In this document: piece by piece, positions 47,929 through 60,608 of the stretch
How the letters are laid out: each line of letters starts with the position of its first letter
Numbering within the stretch: the stretch's first letter is position 1
Assembly (NCBI GenBank): GCA_900088475.1
Contig: FLMG01003251.1
Span: forward strand, 1-64,000
Source: Hyphochytrium catenoides
Taxonomy: Eukaryota; Protista; Hyphochytriomycota
DNA length: 64,000 nt
Direction of reading: 5' to 3'
Position numbers and translations under genes: made by a program
The notes under the pieces: model-generated
Told to the model about the DNA's origin: nothing
Database searches by the model: none
Seen by the model: only the letters and a program-made list of their open reading frames with translations

Positions 47929-49317
47929 ATGAGTACTGGACAATCAGAACCGCTCGCAGTTGACGATGGCCAAGAGGTAGAGGATACTTCAGGTGGAGGA
48001 TCGACCCCGGAGGGGGAACAGCGCAACCCTTACGTCATGAGGCTGTACTGGTACCCCATTTCCTTTACGAAGGATCTTCATAAGGGAGAAGTCGCTGGTC
48101 TTCACATTCTTGGAGATCCTATTGTTCTTTTCCGGGATGGAGACGGCGTTGCGGCCTGTCTAGCCGATATCTGCGCTCACAGATCTGCCCCGCTGTCCAT
48201 CGGACGCGTTATGGATGGCAAACTAGAGTGCAAGTACCACGGGTGGCAGTATGATGCAGACGGAAAGGTAATCCACATTCCTGCGCTGCTGGAGGCGGCG
48301 AAGGTTCCAGCTAATGCCAAGAGCTACAAGTACCCGACCATAGAAAAAGATGGAATCATTTGGGTCTGGCCCGGCCCGAAGGAGCTCGCAGATGAGTCCA
48401 AAGTCCCTGACCTGGTACCTGGGGAGCGCATGCATACCTTCGGCGATCCCTTTCAAATAGCTGTGGACTTGGACATAGACCATACTTTGATGTGTGAGAA
48501 CCTTCTAGACCCGGCTCACTTGCCCTTCACACACGAAGGGACTCTGTCAAAGCGAGAAAAGGCAGGGCCGCTGAGAATGGAAGTGGAGGTGGATCCTCAG
48601 CACAACGTCGCGCTGAAAGGAACGCTTACGGCTGAAAAGCGGAAGTGGGACGCAGAGACCACCTTCGAGTTTATCCCTCCTTGCACGATCCGCCTCTCCA
48701 GCCGCTTCAAGAAGACCTGGCGATTCCAGCAAGTCATGCACTGCGTTCCTACCCGTCCCGGACACATGAGGCTGATGTATCAGCACAATCGAAACTTCCT
48801 AGTCTGGCTGGATAGCTTGCCCTTCATGAAAGGTCGGAACGAGAAAATGTCAAAAAAGATTATCTTTCAGGACTATGAGCTGCTGCATGGCCAGCAGGTG
48901 CGGTTGAGGCAAGGCGGAGGGGCATGGAATTCACCCATTCAGGTTGACAAGCTGCCAAAGATGTATCGCAATTGGATCAAAAAGGCGCTGAAGGTAGCGA
49001 ATCCCTGGTTCAAAGGCTTCAGCAAGGATGTGGAAGACCTTTGCGCTGCCAGTGACGCGTCCACGTTCATGCCTCAAGCTGGTGGGTGCTTGATAACGGC
49101 CTGCGACGTTTATTCACCATCGGATGGGGATGTCATCATTCCCAAGCAGCGTGGAGTGGACAATTCTGCGTACTATATGACAGCAAATCCAAGACCTACT
49201 CCTCATGGCAGTCGTGCTTGGGGACTAACCACTATCAATGCCGCTGCGTTGGTGGTTGTGTTCGCTGCAGCAAGCTGGATGTGGCTTTCTTCCAGCTCCC
49301 CATCGATGAAGATCTGA
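47929..49317 (+). CDS. Rieske non-heme iron oxygenase, PAO/Tic55/CAO-like, with C-terminal TM; intronless
   Basis: Rieske CAHRSAPLSIG...ECKYHGW; mononuclear Fe site ENLLDPAHLPFTH; distal IFQDYELL; hydrophobic tail AALVVVFAAASWMWL. Confidence 0.9.
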   Translation: MSTGQSEPLAVDDGQEVEDTSGGGSTPEGEQRNPYVMRLYWYPISFTKDLHKGEVAGLHILGDPIVLFRDGDGVAACLADICAHRSAPLSIGRVMDGKLECKYHGWQYDADGKVIHIPALLEAAKVPANAKSYKYPTIEKDGIIWVWPGPKELADESKVPDLVPGERMHTFGDPFQIAVDLDIDHTLMCENLLDPAHLPFTHEGTLSKREKAGPLRMEVEVDPQHNVALKGTLTAEKRKWDAETTFEFIPPCTIRLSSRFKKTWRFQQVMHCVPTRPGHMRLMYQHNRNFLVWLDSLPFMKGRNEKMSKKIIFQDYELLHGQQVRLRQGGGAWNSPIQVDKLPKMYRNWIKKALKVANPWFKGFSKDVEDLCAASDASTFMPQAGGCLITACDVYSPSDGDVIIPKQRGVDNSAYYMTANPRPTPHGSRAWGLTTINAAALVVVFAAASWMWLSSSSPSMKI

Positions 49318-49791
49318 AGGGATAATTATACTTCGTTAGATTTGATTGAAGAGAGGGGCCACCGGCGGGATAGATAATCATAGAACTACCTCCCGCTATG
49401 TATAGAGCTCAATGCGGCCCTTCTTATGACCAGAAGCCCTTGCCTAGACATTTGCAATCTACCATCAATGCAGTGGCAGTGGTTGACGCACTCTTCAGCG
49501 TGCTGAGCATTACTGTTTAGACTACGTAGAATATGACGGATCTACATGTGTAAGGCCGTAAAGCACAATTCGTCTACCATCAGCGGGCACTCTTGCCTAC
49601 CCTCAAGTCCAGCTACTTCTCGAGAAAGCTTCGCCTGCCTTAGAGTCTTATTAAAGACACCTTAACCGAGCATCATCCATCTCTGTCACACATTGTGGAA
49701 GACCGTGCATACTAAAACGACATATAACGATTATGTTTGAAAGGATAACTTAGGGTCATATTCATCGTACTGCTATGTGAAAAGTGAGGAG

Positions 49792-50875
49792 TTATAGTAG
49801 TGCACAACCCTTCTTCTTCTTCGGCTGGGGGTTGTTGAGCTTCCTAACCTGTCTAATAAGAGTCTCAAATACTTCGTTGACGTTCTCGCCGGTTAGAGCT
49901 GAAGCTTCCACGTGCACCGCATTGTGCATTGCCGCTGTCTCTCGGCTCTGTGAAGCAGAAACTTGGCGTTTGCTTGGGTCCTTGTCCTGAATTGGCAATT
50001 GTTAGCGGCCCATTGAGAGTAAAGAAGAACGAGTAAAGAAGAGAGAACAACGTACCACAATATCTTTCTTGTTAGCTACCATTACAATAGGTGGCTGTGG
50101 CCGCTTGGCTTCGTTGATCTGCTTGTGGAGGTCGAAGAACGGCTGAAGCTCTTGAAGGGAAACGATTGAATCCATACTGTACACGAAGATGTATCCATCT
50201 TTGTCCATCATCCACTGGGCGCGAAGAGCTTCAAAGTCCTATAACAAGACATAGGATGTCAGGTACTCTAGTTCAATAAACTTCCTGGGAGCCGCAAGAG
50301 TACATACATCTTGTCCAGCCGTATCAAGGATCTCAAGGAGGACTAATCTGTTGTCTACATCGATAGTTTTCCGGTAAGCGTCCTCAATGGTAGGATCCCA
50401 GTCTTTCACGAAAAAGTCTCTGACAAAGCGGAGCGTGAGTGCACTCTTTCCCACACCTCCTGATCCAAGCACTGAGACATGAAGGGTCTCTTGTCCAGGG
50501 CCAGCACCTGTGGAAGGCCACGATATCAGAAGCTGAAGATACTTCACATATTACTTCTTCAAACTCACCAGCATTCTTATAGAATGGCTCCCCCTGTGAA
50601 ACGTAGAGCATGTCATTGTTCTGCATCTCATCAACATCCAGAATCTCCGCTCCTGTAGACAAGAAAACTTTCTTGGCTTTGATACCAAGCTTCTTGCCTG
50701 CCATCTTCTTGAACTTGGCCATATTATCCGAGCTCTTTATAACAACCACCTGAAGCCATACTCAGCTTAGACGTGACCTTGGCCAGCCTCTGAAGTGTAA
50801 CAAATAGCGCGAGCTCACCTTTCCCTCCGATCCTGCCTCATTGACGTGCACAAACAGACGCTTCTCGCCCGACAT
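49792..50875 (-). CDS. Ras-family GTPase with N-terminal ubiquitin-fold (KHA/DCX-like) domain and CAAX box, 5 exons
   Basis: [39 protein letters not shown]-terminal [41 protein letters not shown]. Confidence 0.9.
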
Positions 50876-52704
50876 CTTGTTAAGTGTTTTTCAAGCCTTT
50901 AGCCTTTACTACTTTGCCACGTACACCGGCTGCACCAGATTGAGTTTTATTGCCAATGACCTCTGCAGCTGCCGAGATAATTTGTGATGATTCGTCTTTA
51001 TGAACGCCTGGGAGGACAAACTAGGCCCGCAATGGAGTGTTATGTGAAGCTTGCACGACAGGGTGTGTTCGGCAGAACCAGAGCCTCAAGTGGGTCTGTG
51101 TCCTGCTTGATTGAGGATAACAGAGAGAGCACGAAGCTTTCTCTCTGTCTCCCTCTACAGCTTCCAACTCATCACTTTCTGCCTGTGTCTCTCTTCTTAC
51201 AGAGTCAGCAAGCCTCGTTACACTTCCCTCAAAATCAAGCGGTGAAATCTCTCTCNNNNNNNNNNNNNNNNNNNNNNNNNNNNNNNNNNNNNNNNNNNNN
51301 NNNNNNNNNNNNNNNNNNNNNNNNNNNNNNNNNNNNNNNCAGTCCTCCTGCAGGCGCAGCTTTTTTCAGTCTCTCTCATATCCTCCCTCTTGCCTAACTT
51401 TCCTTCTGTCTCACATCCCTTCACTCTGTCTCATCATGACCTTAGTCTTGAGCCCTGTTGCCACTTATCCCTCTGTTTTACTTATCTCTTTGTGCTCTGT
51501 CTAGAGGCCTGACTTCTGCCCAATTTCCCAGTTCCTTTGGTATCTCCTGTGTTTGAACCAGAATCAGATGTGTGCGTTTGCTTATCAATAGATAAAGTGT
51601 TGGATGACACAAACTGCAATGTGCGTATGTGGTGGAATCAGATTGTGGGGCAGATGAGAGGGAGTGGGTGGGCCCTTGTGTTTTATGAATCCCTTCCTAT
51701 TCTTCCCCAGTGCTGTCGCGAACATTTGTAACAGCTTTGGACCTCCCATCCGCCTTCGTGCTTCTTACCCTGCTGGTTCCTCATCCAGCCACATAAACCC
51801 ACACCTTCTACGCCCCATACAAATGTATGACATAAGTAAGCAAACGCAGCGACATTCAGGGCCGAGGAGGGATGTGTTAGCCAAACTGAGTCGTGGTGAG
51901 TGGTGAGTTCTTCCCGACCCTGGTGGGTCTCCCACCCATCTCTCCTCAGATAAAATTGGGGCGTTTTGGGTTTTCTGGTGTCGTGAGGTGGGTATGCGTA
52001 CTATTGCAGAAGGATCCTTGCCCACCCTTCCTGTCCTTTTTTGGGACTGGTCTCGTGATCCAAGTGTCTGTGCTCTAGACAGGCGCGAGAAAAGAAACGA
52101 AGGGATGGGGTGGGTGGGCCTAACATGTGGCGGTAGAAGACAGAGTGCTGCAAGAGATACAGCAGTGAGGTAAGAATAGTTGATACAAGTGGGAGGAAGA
52201 GTAATACATAGCTCGAGTATACTGGTAACTGACGGATAGGACTCAGGACTGAAGAGGAGGAAGGCCATAACAAGAACTATGAACTTCGACGACGAGACAG
52301 AATGAGCGAGACAGGAGCAAACCTTTGTAGTTCTAGCCCCGTGAGATGTACATCCTCGAGTTCTACAAGTACAAGCGGGTGATGGGTGGAGGGCAATAAA
52401 TGATAGTGATAGAGAATCAAGGCAAGTGACAGACAGTGTTCTAGAGTGAGGGAAGCAATTGGAGGAATCTTACAACAAGGAAGCTCTTGACATCATGTGA
52501 TCAAAAGGAGAAGGAGGACGCAATTTCTAAGGAACCCGTCCGGACATGTATCAGTTCTGCAAGAATATGATGAGAGAAATAAATTTTGCTCTAAGGGAGA
52601 GAAGTAGATACGAGAGCAGCGGAAACGGAGGAGGTGATGCCGAGCTTAATGTACCTCATCGGCAAGCCCAGTAAGCTCGATAGAAGAGAACGTTGAATAA
52701 TCTC

Positions 52705-53185
52705 AGGCCATGGTAGACAAGAGTCACAAACTTTACAATATTTAGTAGAGACTGAAGAAGCTAAGGGACCAGGTACTGATGAAGATAAGTGAGCAGTAGA
52801 GGTGATAACATTGCAATGTTAGATAAGTGAGATAGAGGTGAAGAAGTTAAGGGATCAGGTACTATGAAGATAAGTGAGGCCATGGTAGACAAGAGTCACA
52901 AACTTTACAATTATTAGTAGAGACTGAAGAAGCTAAGGGACCAGGTACTGATGAAGATAAGTGAGCAGATAGAGGTGATAACACTGCAATGGTAGATAAG
53001 TGAGATAGAGGTGAAGAAGCTAAGGGACCAGGGACTGATGAAGATAAGTGAGCAGATAGAGCTGATAACATTGCAATGTTGGATAAGTGATAGAGGTGAT
53101 AACATTGGAATGTTAGAAGCGAAGGAGGGAGCCGTTACTGTTGAAGATAAGTGAGCAGATAGAGATGATAACATTGGAATGCTAG
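52705..53185. repeat. Nested minisatellite: ~172 bp duplication built from ~35-45 bp subunits
   Basis: aggccatggtagacaagagtcacaaac at 52705 and 52877; repeated gataagtgag(ca)gatagaggtgataacattgcaatg. Confidence 0.9.
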
Positions 53186-56100
53186 ACTAGTTGAATTGGT
53201 TAGATCTACATAAGTTATTTGATGTATTGAGGCTTCTCATTGTCTTCATTACAATTCTTAGATTTCTGGTATTATCAATTACTTCTTAGCACCTTTGTAT
53301 AAAAACAACACATCCTTTGCGTTCGCACTCTTTCTTAAGCCTTACGGATTGGTATAATCACCTTTCGCAAGTTGAAAGGCAACTATACCATTCCTGGGAG
53401 GGGTAAGTACCTTCGCTGGCCGGAAGCCAGAGAGTACCGTCGTGCGAACAGCCGTCACTTGAACTCGCAGCGACCTTTCTTGATCGGCAACTTCCCTACT
53501 GCCATTCGACAGTGAGTTGAAAAAGGGAATCTGGCTTACTTTCCTCTAGATCACAATCCCTCATACGCTCCGTGTTGCCCTCCTCAGCTCCTCTTCACTT
53601 TTGGAGTAAATCCTCGCTTCTTCGCCCAAAGCAGCTCGTCTTCTCTTCACGTTTATGGTAGTTCTCGGTCCATGCCCACAAGCGCTGCACTGTGTTACAC
53701 CCAAAATCTTCTGTTTCGCTTTCTCGATCCACTCTGCGCTTTCCCGCCTCCAGGACTCTAGAACTACCTGTTGGAACCATGGATTGCTCCATGGCCCATA
53801 TCATCTACGGAGGATGCACATAACACATCACGTTAGAGGAAGTGTTGTGGACCACATGTACCGCATCACATTGTCTGAGACGTACCTCTAAGGTATACCT
53901 CCACATCTCGCCCCGCCGAATTGCCCCCTACATACTACTCTCGGTTAGTAGTAGCCAAGCCCACCACTCATCGACTGAATGATTCTTCAGTATGCAAAGA
54001 AGCAATATTACCTGGAGAGGGGTATGTAACCGCCATATATCCAACAGCCCTATATTGCTCTCGTCCTGCCTAAGTCCCGTTAGCAATCTCTGTTAGCTCC
54101 ATTTGCACATATATACACTTACCTGTAGCATCGTCGCCAAAGCCCAGCTATCTCCCGCAATCTAGCTACTAGAACTTCCTAAATCGCCAACACGCCCTCC
54201 AATCTTCCTACCACGAAGTGGCCAACCCGCTGATCTCTCATGCCGCTACTCCCAAGCCAAAGCCTCTATTGTACGCCGAAAGCCTCTATCGAAAGCCTCT
54301 TTTCAAGCGCATCTAGCTCAAAGAGCCCCTCCTTCTTTCCTATTGAGTTCAACCCAAGCCGCACCATCTAACTGCCCTCAACGGAGGTTGTAACAGGTGA
54401 CAGGAAGCGGAAACAGGTGACAGGAAGCGGAAACAAGGGAGACTGGAAAAAGTTGCGCCGTACGGGAAGAGGTCCAATTCTAGCTAACACGACCAACAAT
54501 GTTGGGTTCCAACCAGCGACGAAGAGCGCGAAGAAATGAATGAAAAACGCAGACCAGCTTCCAGACTTCCACAAATGCTCACAAGTGATCCAAAGTTCAT
54601 GCTCAGAAGAGATCGCAAATCAGGATAGACAGCGAACCCAAAATGATAGCGAATCCGGAACATGTAGGAGCAAGCCCAAGATGTAGATCAAGGCAAAGTG
54701 AGAGTAGATAGATCGAGAGATCATAGAGAACCTAAGGAGACAAGTCGTCAACAATCCATTCCTAACAAGAGGATGTGAATGATACAGTCCCTTTCACGGT
54801 GAAATCGTCTTGTGCCCGAGGGAGGAAGTTGAGATCTGACCATTGGATGAGCCCTCGACCTCCAAGCTGGTGATGTTCCATCCTACCTAGCCCCTCCCCT
54901 CTCTCTTTCTGGGCCGCTATGAAACTCTCTCCTTGTTCCCCTGATTGACTCCGATTACAAAGCCTTGAACTAGCGAAGTGCGGAGTTCTTTGACAAGCAC
55001 CTGTCTCTTCCACTCCACCTGTCTTTGTCCCAGACTCTGTCTCTCAGGGGCCCTCCAGAAATACAGTGGATCGCCTATGAATCACCCTGTTTGCTACCAT
55101 TTTATTAGACATATTCGCACTAGCGAAAGAGGGCAAAGAACTCTACCCTTGATTCTTAGGCTTATTATTTTTATCCTTTCTCAGACAAAGTCTTGACCCT
55201 AATTTTAGAACTTTTCCTGGTTGCGAGGTATTTTAGGCGTATGGTACATCCTATTTTTACAACTCAGACTTTTCTTTGACACGCCGAAGCAGCCAATCAG
55301 AGATCGACAGAGGGTGAAATTCTGTTGAAACTATAGTAATAGAAGGTAGATCCGAGCCTTTGATAGGTATTCTGTTGATGTAGTAATGCAGTAATCGGGT
55401 CGCTCTAGACAAAGAACAGTCTCACTAACAGGGCGTAACCCGTAGTAGTACGAGCAGCCAGTTACCAGAGAGCCATATAGCTATATGGGAGTCGCGTCAT
55501 GGTAATATAGATCTTCCTTTCACCAATGGGAGTGCATCTGACCTGTTCTCAGGGACCAATTCAATGTACCACAGTAATATCAAGTAATAAGCCATATGGT
55601 GGTCCTTCATTCTGATGTGTTAGGGGTTCTTTTGGGTAGAACCCGCGATCTGGGAAAAGGTGGGCAGGGGATAGATAATGTTCCTGATGTTCCATCATTG
55701 AGAGCAGGGTCCTCCTAGATTTCTCCCTTCCCACGGCCTCCCATTGGCCAACTCAGGGCGGCAGTGGTCATCTTCTGGGCTCCTTCAACTTCAAGGCGCC
55801 GGAATGCTGGTCCCTGTCTATAAGACTGCCTAGTTCTAGGAACCAGAGACAGCGAAATGAAGAAAGAAATTTCCTTGCAAAACGTCGTGGTTATCCGTTC
55901 TAGAACTCTATGTGGGAGGCTACCAAGCACTTATTGTCCCTGCAGGGGTTGAGCCGGGAAGTACAACCGCCAAGAACGTCCTCTGCTTTTGGGATGTTGC
56001 TAGCAAGAACTGCCCCACCTAGTTCTACTCCTACCTCTGTTCTTTACCTTTCTATTTGACACCGCTTCTTTGGCACAGTCCTGACCCTGGTCCACTCTGT

Positions 56101-56907
56101 CTGTTTCTTTGTCACTGCTTGAGTACTGCTTGTCATAGCGTTTGGCCCCTCTGTCTTCCGCCTATTCTCTCTTCTCCAAGCCTCTTTCTCGGTCGCATGG
56201 TTGTATGGTTAACTGACCAATGACAGCACAGTCACAGTGCAAGTGGTTGCCTTCGCTGTGATTGTGGAGCAGGAGAAAGTCTTCGGAGCTCTTTGCGCGA
56301 TGGAGTTGCAGGGCCTGCGAAGCCCCATCGTCTATCGATAGAGAGACTAGAACTATCGTTGCGAGGAGAAGTTCTAAGAAAGAAGAGAGGCAAAGCTGTT
56401 CTGGTACTGCAACGGAAGGTTTTTCCTTGCACCGGAGGACTGATCTCTGGTGATGTGATTCGCCTTTTATAATAGAAGAAGATCTTGCCGATCGAGACCT
56501 TTCTCTTCCAGCGTTGCCTGTTGTGGCAGCAAACTCTTTAGAGACACGGTACGGAAGTGCCAGATGGCGCAGCCAGGAGCTGCGGTCACGACGGTGGAAA
56601 TCATAGTTTTAGAGGGTTATCATCATTCACGGCTCTTGATTTAACTCGTTTCGGCTACTGACCAAGTGAGGCAAAGTCATGCTACTTAACAGTGACAACT
56701 TATCAGTGACAACTTATGGCGCAAGACGATGACCCTACACACTTACAGAGCACGGCGTCAATGCGGGGACATTCATTTGAAGCTCAAGCGATGAGTCAGA
56801 GCCTTTTCTTTCTGCTCTAGATAGAAGACAGACTACATAGGAGCCTTGATATTGAAGCTTTATGTACAAATTAGTAAGAGTAGAAGAGAAAGGGTAGATT
56901 CCTGGTG

Positions 56908-59900
56908 TCAGTTTCTCCAGGACGGCTTGGAGACAGGGGCGTTCTCCTTGGCAAGCACTCTCGAGGCAGCCCTTAGTCGTCCGGGAGTAGTCTGGACACG
57001 GCTAGGTACTCTGCGTTATTTGAAGACGTTCATCAGGCTCTAGGCTAAGATCTTAACAAAAATGCAAAGGTAGTCTTACCCAAGGCTCCGTGAGTTTGCG
57101 ACAGGATTCCTTGTCTTCCGAGCTCTTAGCGCTGTCCGTTTACCAGGTGTCAGTCTGCGCGGCATGTAGTCCTCGTCACTGGGCTCTGCTTCAGCATTAT
57201 TGAAGCCGTTCTCTAGACCGTCGTTGCTGCGTTTGCTCTCATCTTCTTCCTCGATCTGAAAAGTTACTTTCTTTGGTCTCTTCAATGGCCGTTCTTCTTT
57301 CCCTCCATCTGCCTCGAAGTCCTGGCAGTCTGATTGCTTCTGTGGAACGTCTGTTATTTCACGCAGAGGTGGGCGCGAGTCATCTTTGATGCCTGCAATA
57401 GGCTTTTCAGCTGACCCAGCCTCATCCAACTGAGTAACACTTCTTCCAGATTTTCTCTTCGTGAGAGGTGCAGAGGAAAAGACTTCAGCGGGGTTGCTCC
57501 TTTCACGAATTGATTCAGGTTTGATGGTGACTTGAAGGGGTCTTTCTGGTGCAATGGAGCGCTTCGCGGCTTCTGCCTTCATCTCCTTTACCAAAAGCTC
57601 CATCTCTCGTAACTCGTCCTGAGACTTAGAAAGCTAGAGAGACCAACCGTCAGATAGTCAGCGGGAGGACTCAATCGAGGGAAACTCTTCGAGAGAAATA
57701 AAGACTTGCCGTCACAAAAAAACATCACTCAAAGGACGATGAAAGATAGGGTGGGCTGGAGGAAGAGCGTGTCAAGGTTGAAAAGCAGTCTCTTTGACGA
57801 AGAACAGAAAGCCCCGGTAGTGGCAAGGAGGGAGTCATCACCATTTGTCGTAGTCGCGCATTTTCTGAGCTATCTGCATGCTTTTTGGCAGTTCCAAGCT
57901 CAACGCTTCTCACGCGTGAAGCGAAGTTAAGAGAGCAGACTGACTCCCCTACGCTAGACTGAGTGGGGCTTATCTGGACTAACATCAGAGCTTTGTTTGA
58001 TTTCCCTGTGGTGTATAGAGAGATTAAGCGTGGAGATATTGAAGGCGAGGTAGCTAGAAGAAAGCTAGGAGCCATACCTAGTGAGTCCTGAAGCAGGTAG
58101 GTCAGCTTTGAGTTGCGGAAGGGGACGTGCTTCTCCTTTGTAATCAAGGCAGCGATGACATCTCCCAGAGCTGACAGAGACCTAGGAGAAGCCAGAGTCG
58201 GGTACATGTACAAGTTAAAGGGTCACAGGAGAAGTGACGTTAGTGGCTCTCAGTTCAAGCTGATGTAGGACGACTAGCGGTTAAGTGACCACAAATGAAA
58301 GCCCTTTGTCCACTGCAGCAGCACGTGGAAATCGTAATGAGGCTCACTGAGATTGAGAAAGAGGATTGACTATCAGCGCTGCAGGCGGATGATTGCGCAT
58401 AGCTTGCCGGAAAAAGAGGACTTGGAGAAGAATGTGGTACGATCGATGGTCGCGAAATGGAAAGAGAGAGGACAAAACTTCAAAAGGGCCTGCCTGTTGA
58501 TATTCTGGGCCTCCTTCAAACGGTCTCCAGTAGCCCCTGTCTTGGCGATCCGCTCCGAACCCGCCAGGTCGACCTGCAGTAATTTTCTATTAAATGTACT
58601 TCTCCTAAGTCCTGTCAATGACCGAAGTGGAACCAACCAAGACGAGTCTGCCAAAGTTCCTTCTCTGCGTAAGAATGTCTTGCCCATCAACGTGCAGCAG
58701 AACCACACTGCCCCGCAAAGCGTAGAGAGAAGGATTAGGGTACAAGTGCTAAAACTGACACGGTGAATAAACTACCACCGATTAGCAAGAGATAAGATGG
58801 AGATAACCTAAAAGAGCACTTGATGAGGAGAGAGAACAGAGCTATCTTTCTATGCAAGGAGTCTAGAGGCCTAGGATGAGAAGGATTTAAGGAAAAGCCG
58901 CGACTTAGGTCTCTTACCTGTGAGAGCGACTGCTGTGCTCGTTAGCATTAGTACCATGGACCGTCCGGTTCGCTGTTCCCCTCCGGATAGCTTTGAACAC
59001 CTCATCAGGGCTCTGAACCTCTACCTCCGTTGCCTCTGGAAGGGTAATGCCTTGTGGTCCGTTTCTAATCTCAATGAAGGCGCTTGGACCGCTATGCCTT
59101 TCCTTCTCTGAGGGCTCACGAAGGAGGTCTCTGATGTTCTCATTGTATATTTCCACCATATTCAAGCGAATTTTAAAGCGCTCTTTGTCCTCCTTCTCGC
59201 GGACAAGGCGAAAAAGCTCCTCTATGGAGCGATAGGTGATTCCTCGGTCCTTCTCTGTGCCTTCCATTGTGTACGTCTTGCCCGACCCGGTCTGGCCATA
59301 GGCAAAGATGCAGGCTCTGAACCCTTCCAACGCTGAAGCCACCAGAGGTGCCACTTCCTCAAATACGTTATTCTGCAAAAGAGAGGAATGGGAGTTAGGC
59401 CAAGAACGTGCTGACCCTTTGTACCAGTATGTATTCTTCCGAAACTAGTGTGCTCTTTCGACCTTATCCACTCCTTGGCTCTTGAGCCTCTCCTATCTTT
59501 CACGGAGCTTCTACCCCCTTACTGTCAAAAGTAGCCCTTACTCTTCCTCTTCGCTGAGCGAACCTCACAAGCCTAGGGTCGTATTCGGAATGCCCGACCA
59601 TCATGAAGAGGGCTTACCTGTGACGACCGTTGTGAAAAGACTCTATCAAAATCAAAGGATTTGTGCGTTGTGCCATCCAGTGCGATGGCCAAAGAAGTAG
59701 AAGAAGAGCAGGAGACTACGTCCATTTGTCCTCCGACAACTTCATGAGGAAGCAGAGGACGAACCCTGGCAAATACTCTAATATTGCCTCTTAGCTCTTG
59801 CAGCTGATAGAAGAGAGAGCGCCTGCAGACTCTCTCTTCTTGCAACTTGAGCTCTGTGTCGTGCAGCCTTTCAGTAGAACTCTCATAGAGCGTCTGAAGC

Positions 59901-60608
59901 TGCTGAAGCTCTGCCTCAGTGTGTTTCTTAGCCGCTTCGGACTTACTGAGAAGGTGGAGGAGCTTTACAGCCATCTCTTTAGCCTCGGTCTGCCAGGCCG
60001 CTGTGTCTCCAAGAAAGCCCGTCGATAGTTCCCGACAAAGAGATCTAATCGTTTGAAGTGCTTGCAAGGTTGATTTTGCGGCAAGATACTGTCCCCGGCT
60101 TAGTTTCTTGACCTCGGCCTGGAGGCGATCTCTCTCTCCTTTCAGCTCCTCTACTAGCGTGGCCTCTTCATGATGGGATGGCGGCACAGACTCGGCATTG
60201 CTTGATTGAGCTTGCACCAGGTTGCCCTGAGAGACTGGCTCTGAGGGCAAATGTATGGCATGGCTATTGTTGCTAGGATCATTCTCCGTGCTTGGAACGT
60301 CACTACTGGGCGAGGACTCGTTGTCAGCGCAATGATTAGCTGATGAAGGTAGGGCTTCCATGAGACTCGCATCTTGCACCGTCTCATGAAGCTTCTGCTG
60401 CAGGCTTAAGAGGTTCTCTCGCAGGGAGCAGAGAGTTCCATGTGTTGAGAAAGGGTGCAACAGGGCGGACCGCTACAGCTAGCGGTCAGAAAGAAGTGCA
60501 CATAATGGTAATGAAGAACTAACTCACCGCGTCTTGCTGGTAGTGAGACTTGTATTCGTTAGCGGGAGCTAGCTCCTCTGCCGGGCCGGAGCATGCCCTC
60601 TCTTCCAT
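56908..60608 (-). CDS. Kinesin-14 (KIFC3/KCBP-type neck) motor with N-terminal coiled coil and C-terminal tail
   Basis: Neck [16 protein letters not shown]; P-loop [14 protein letters not shown]; NEHSSRSH; VDLAGSER; [18 protein letters not shown]; last exon ...[13 protein letters not shown]. Confidence 0.93.

Noticed and set aside
52705-53185. CRISPR array or selenoprotein (recurrent in-frame TGA in one frame)
   Set aside because: There are no unique spacers or cas genes and the context is eukaryotic. The TGAs come from the repeat unit, and TAG stops also occur.
56165-56605. Open minus-strand stretches, one ending in UBL-like ATLEEKGLDRQDLLLL
   Set aside because: The match is too short and there is no coherent gene model.
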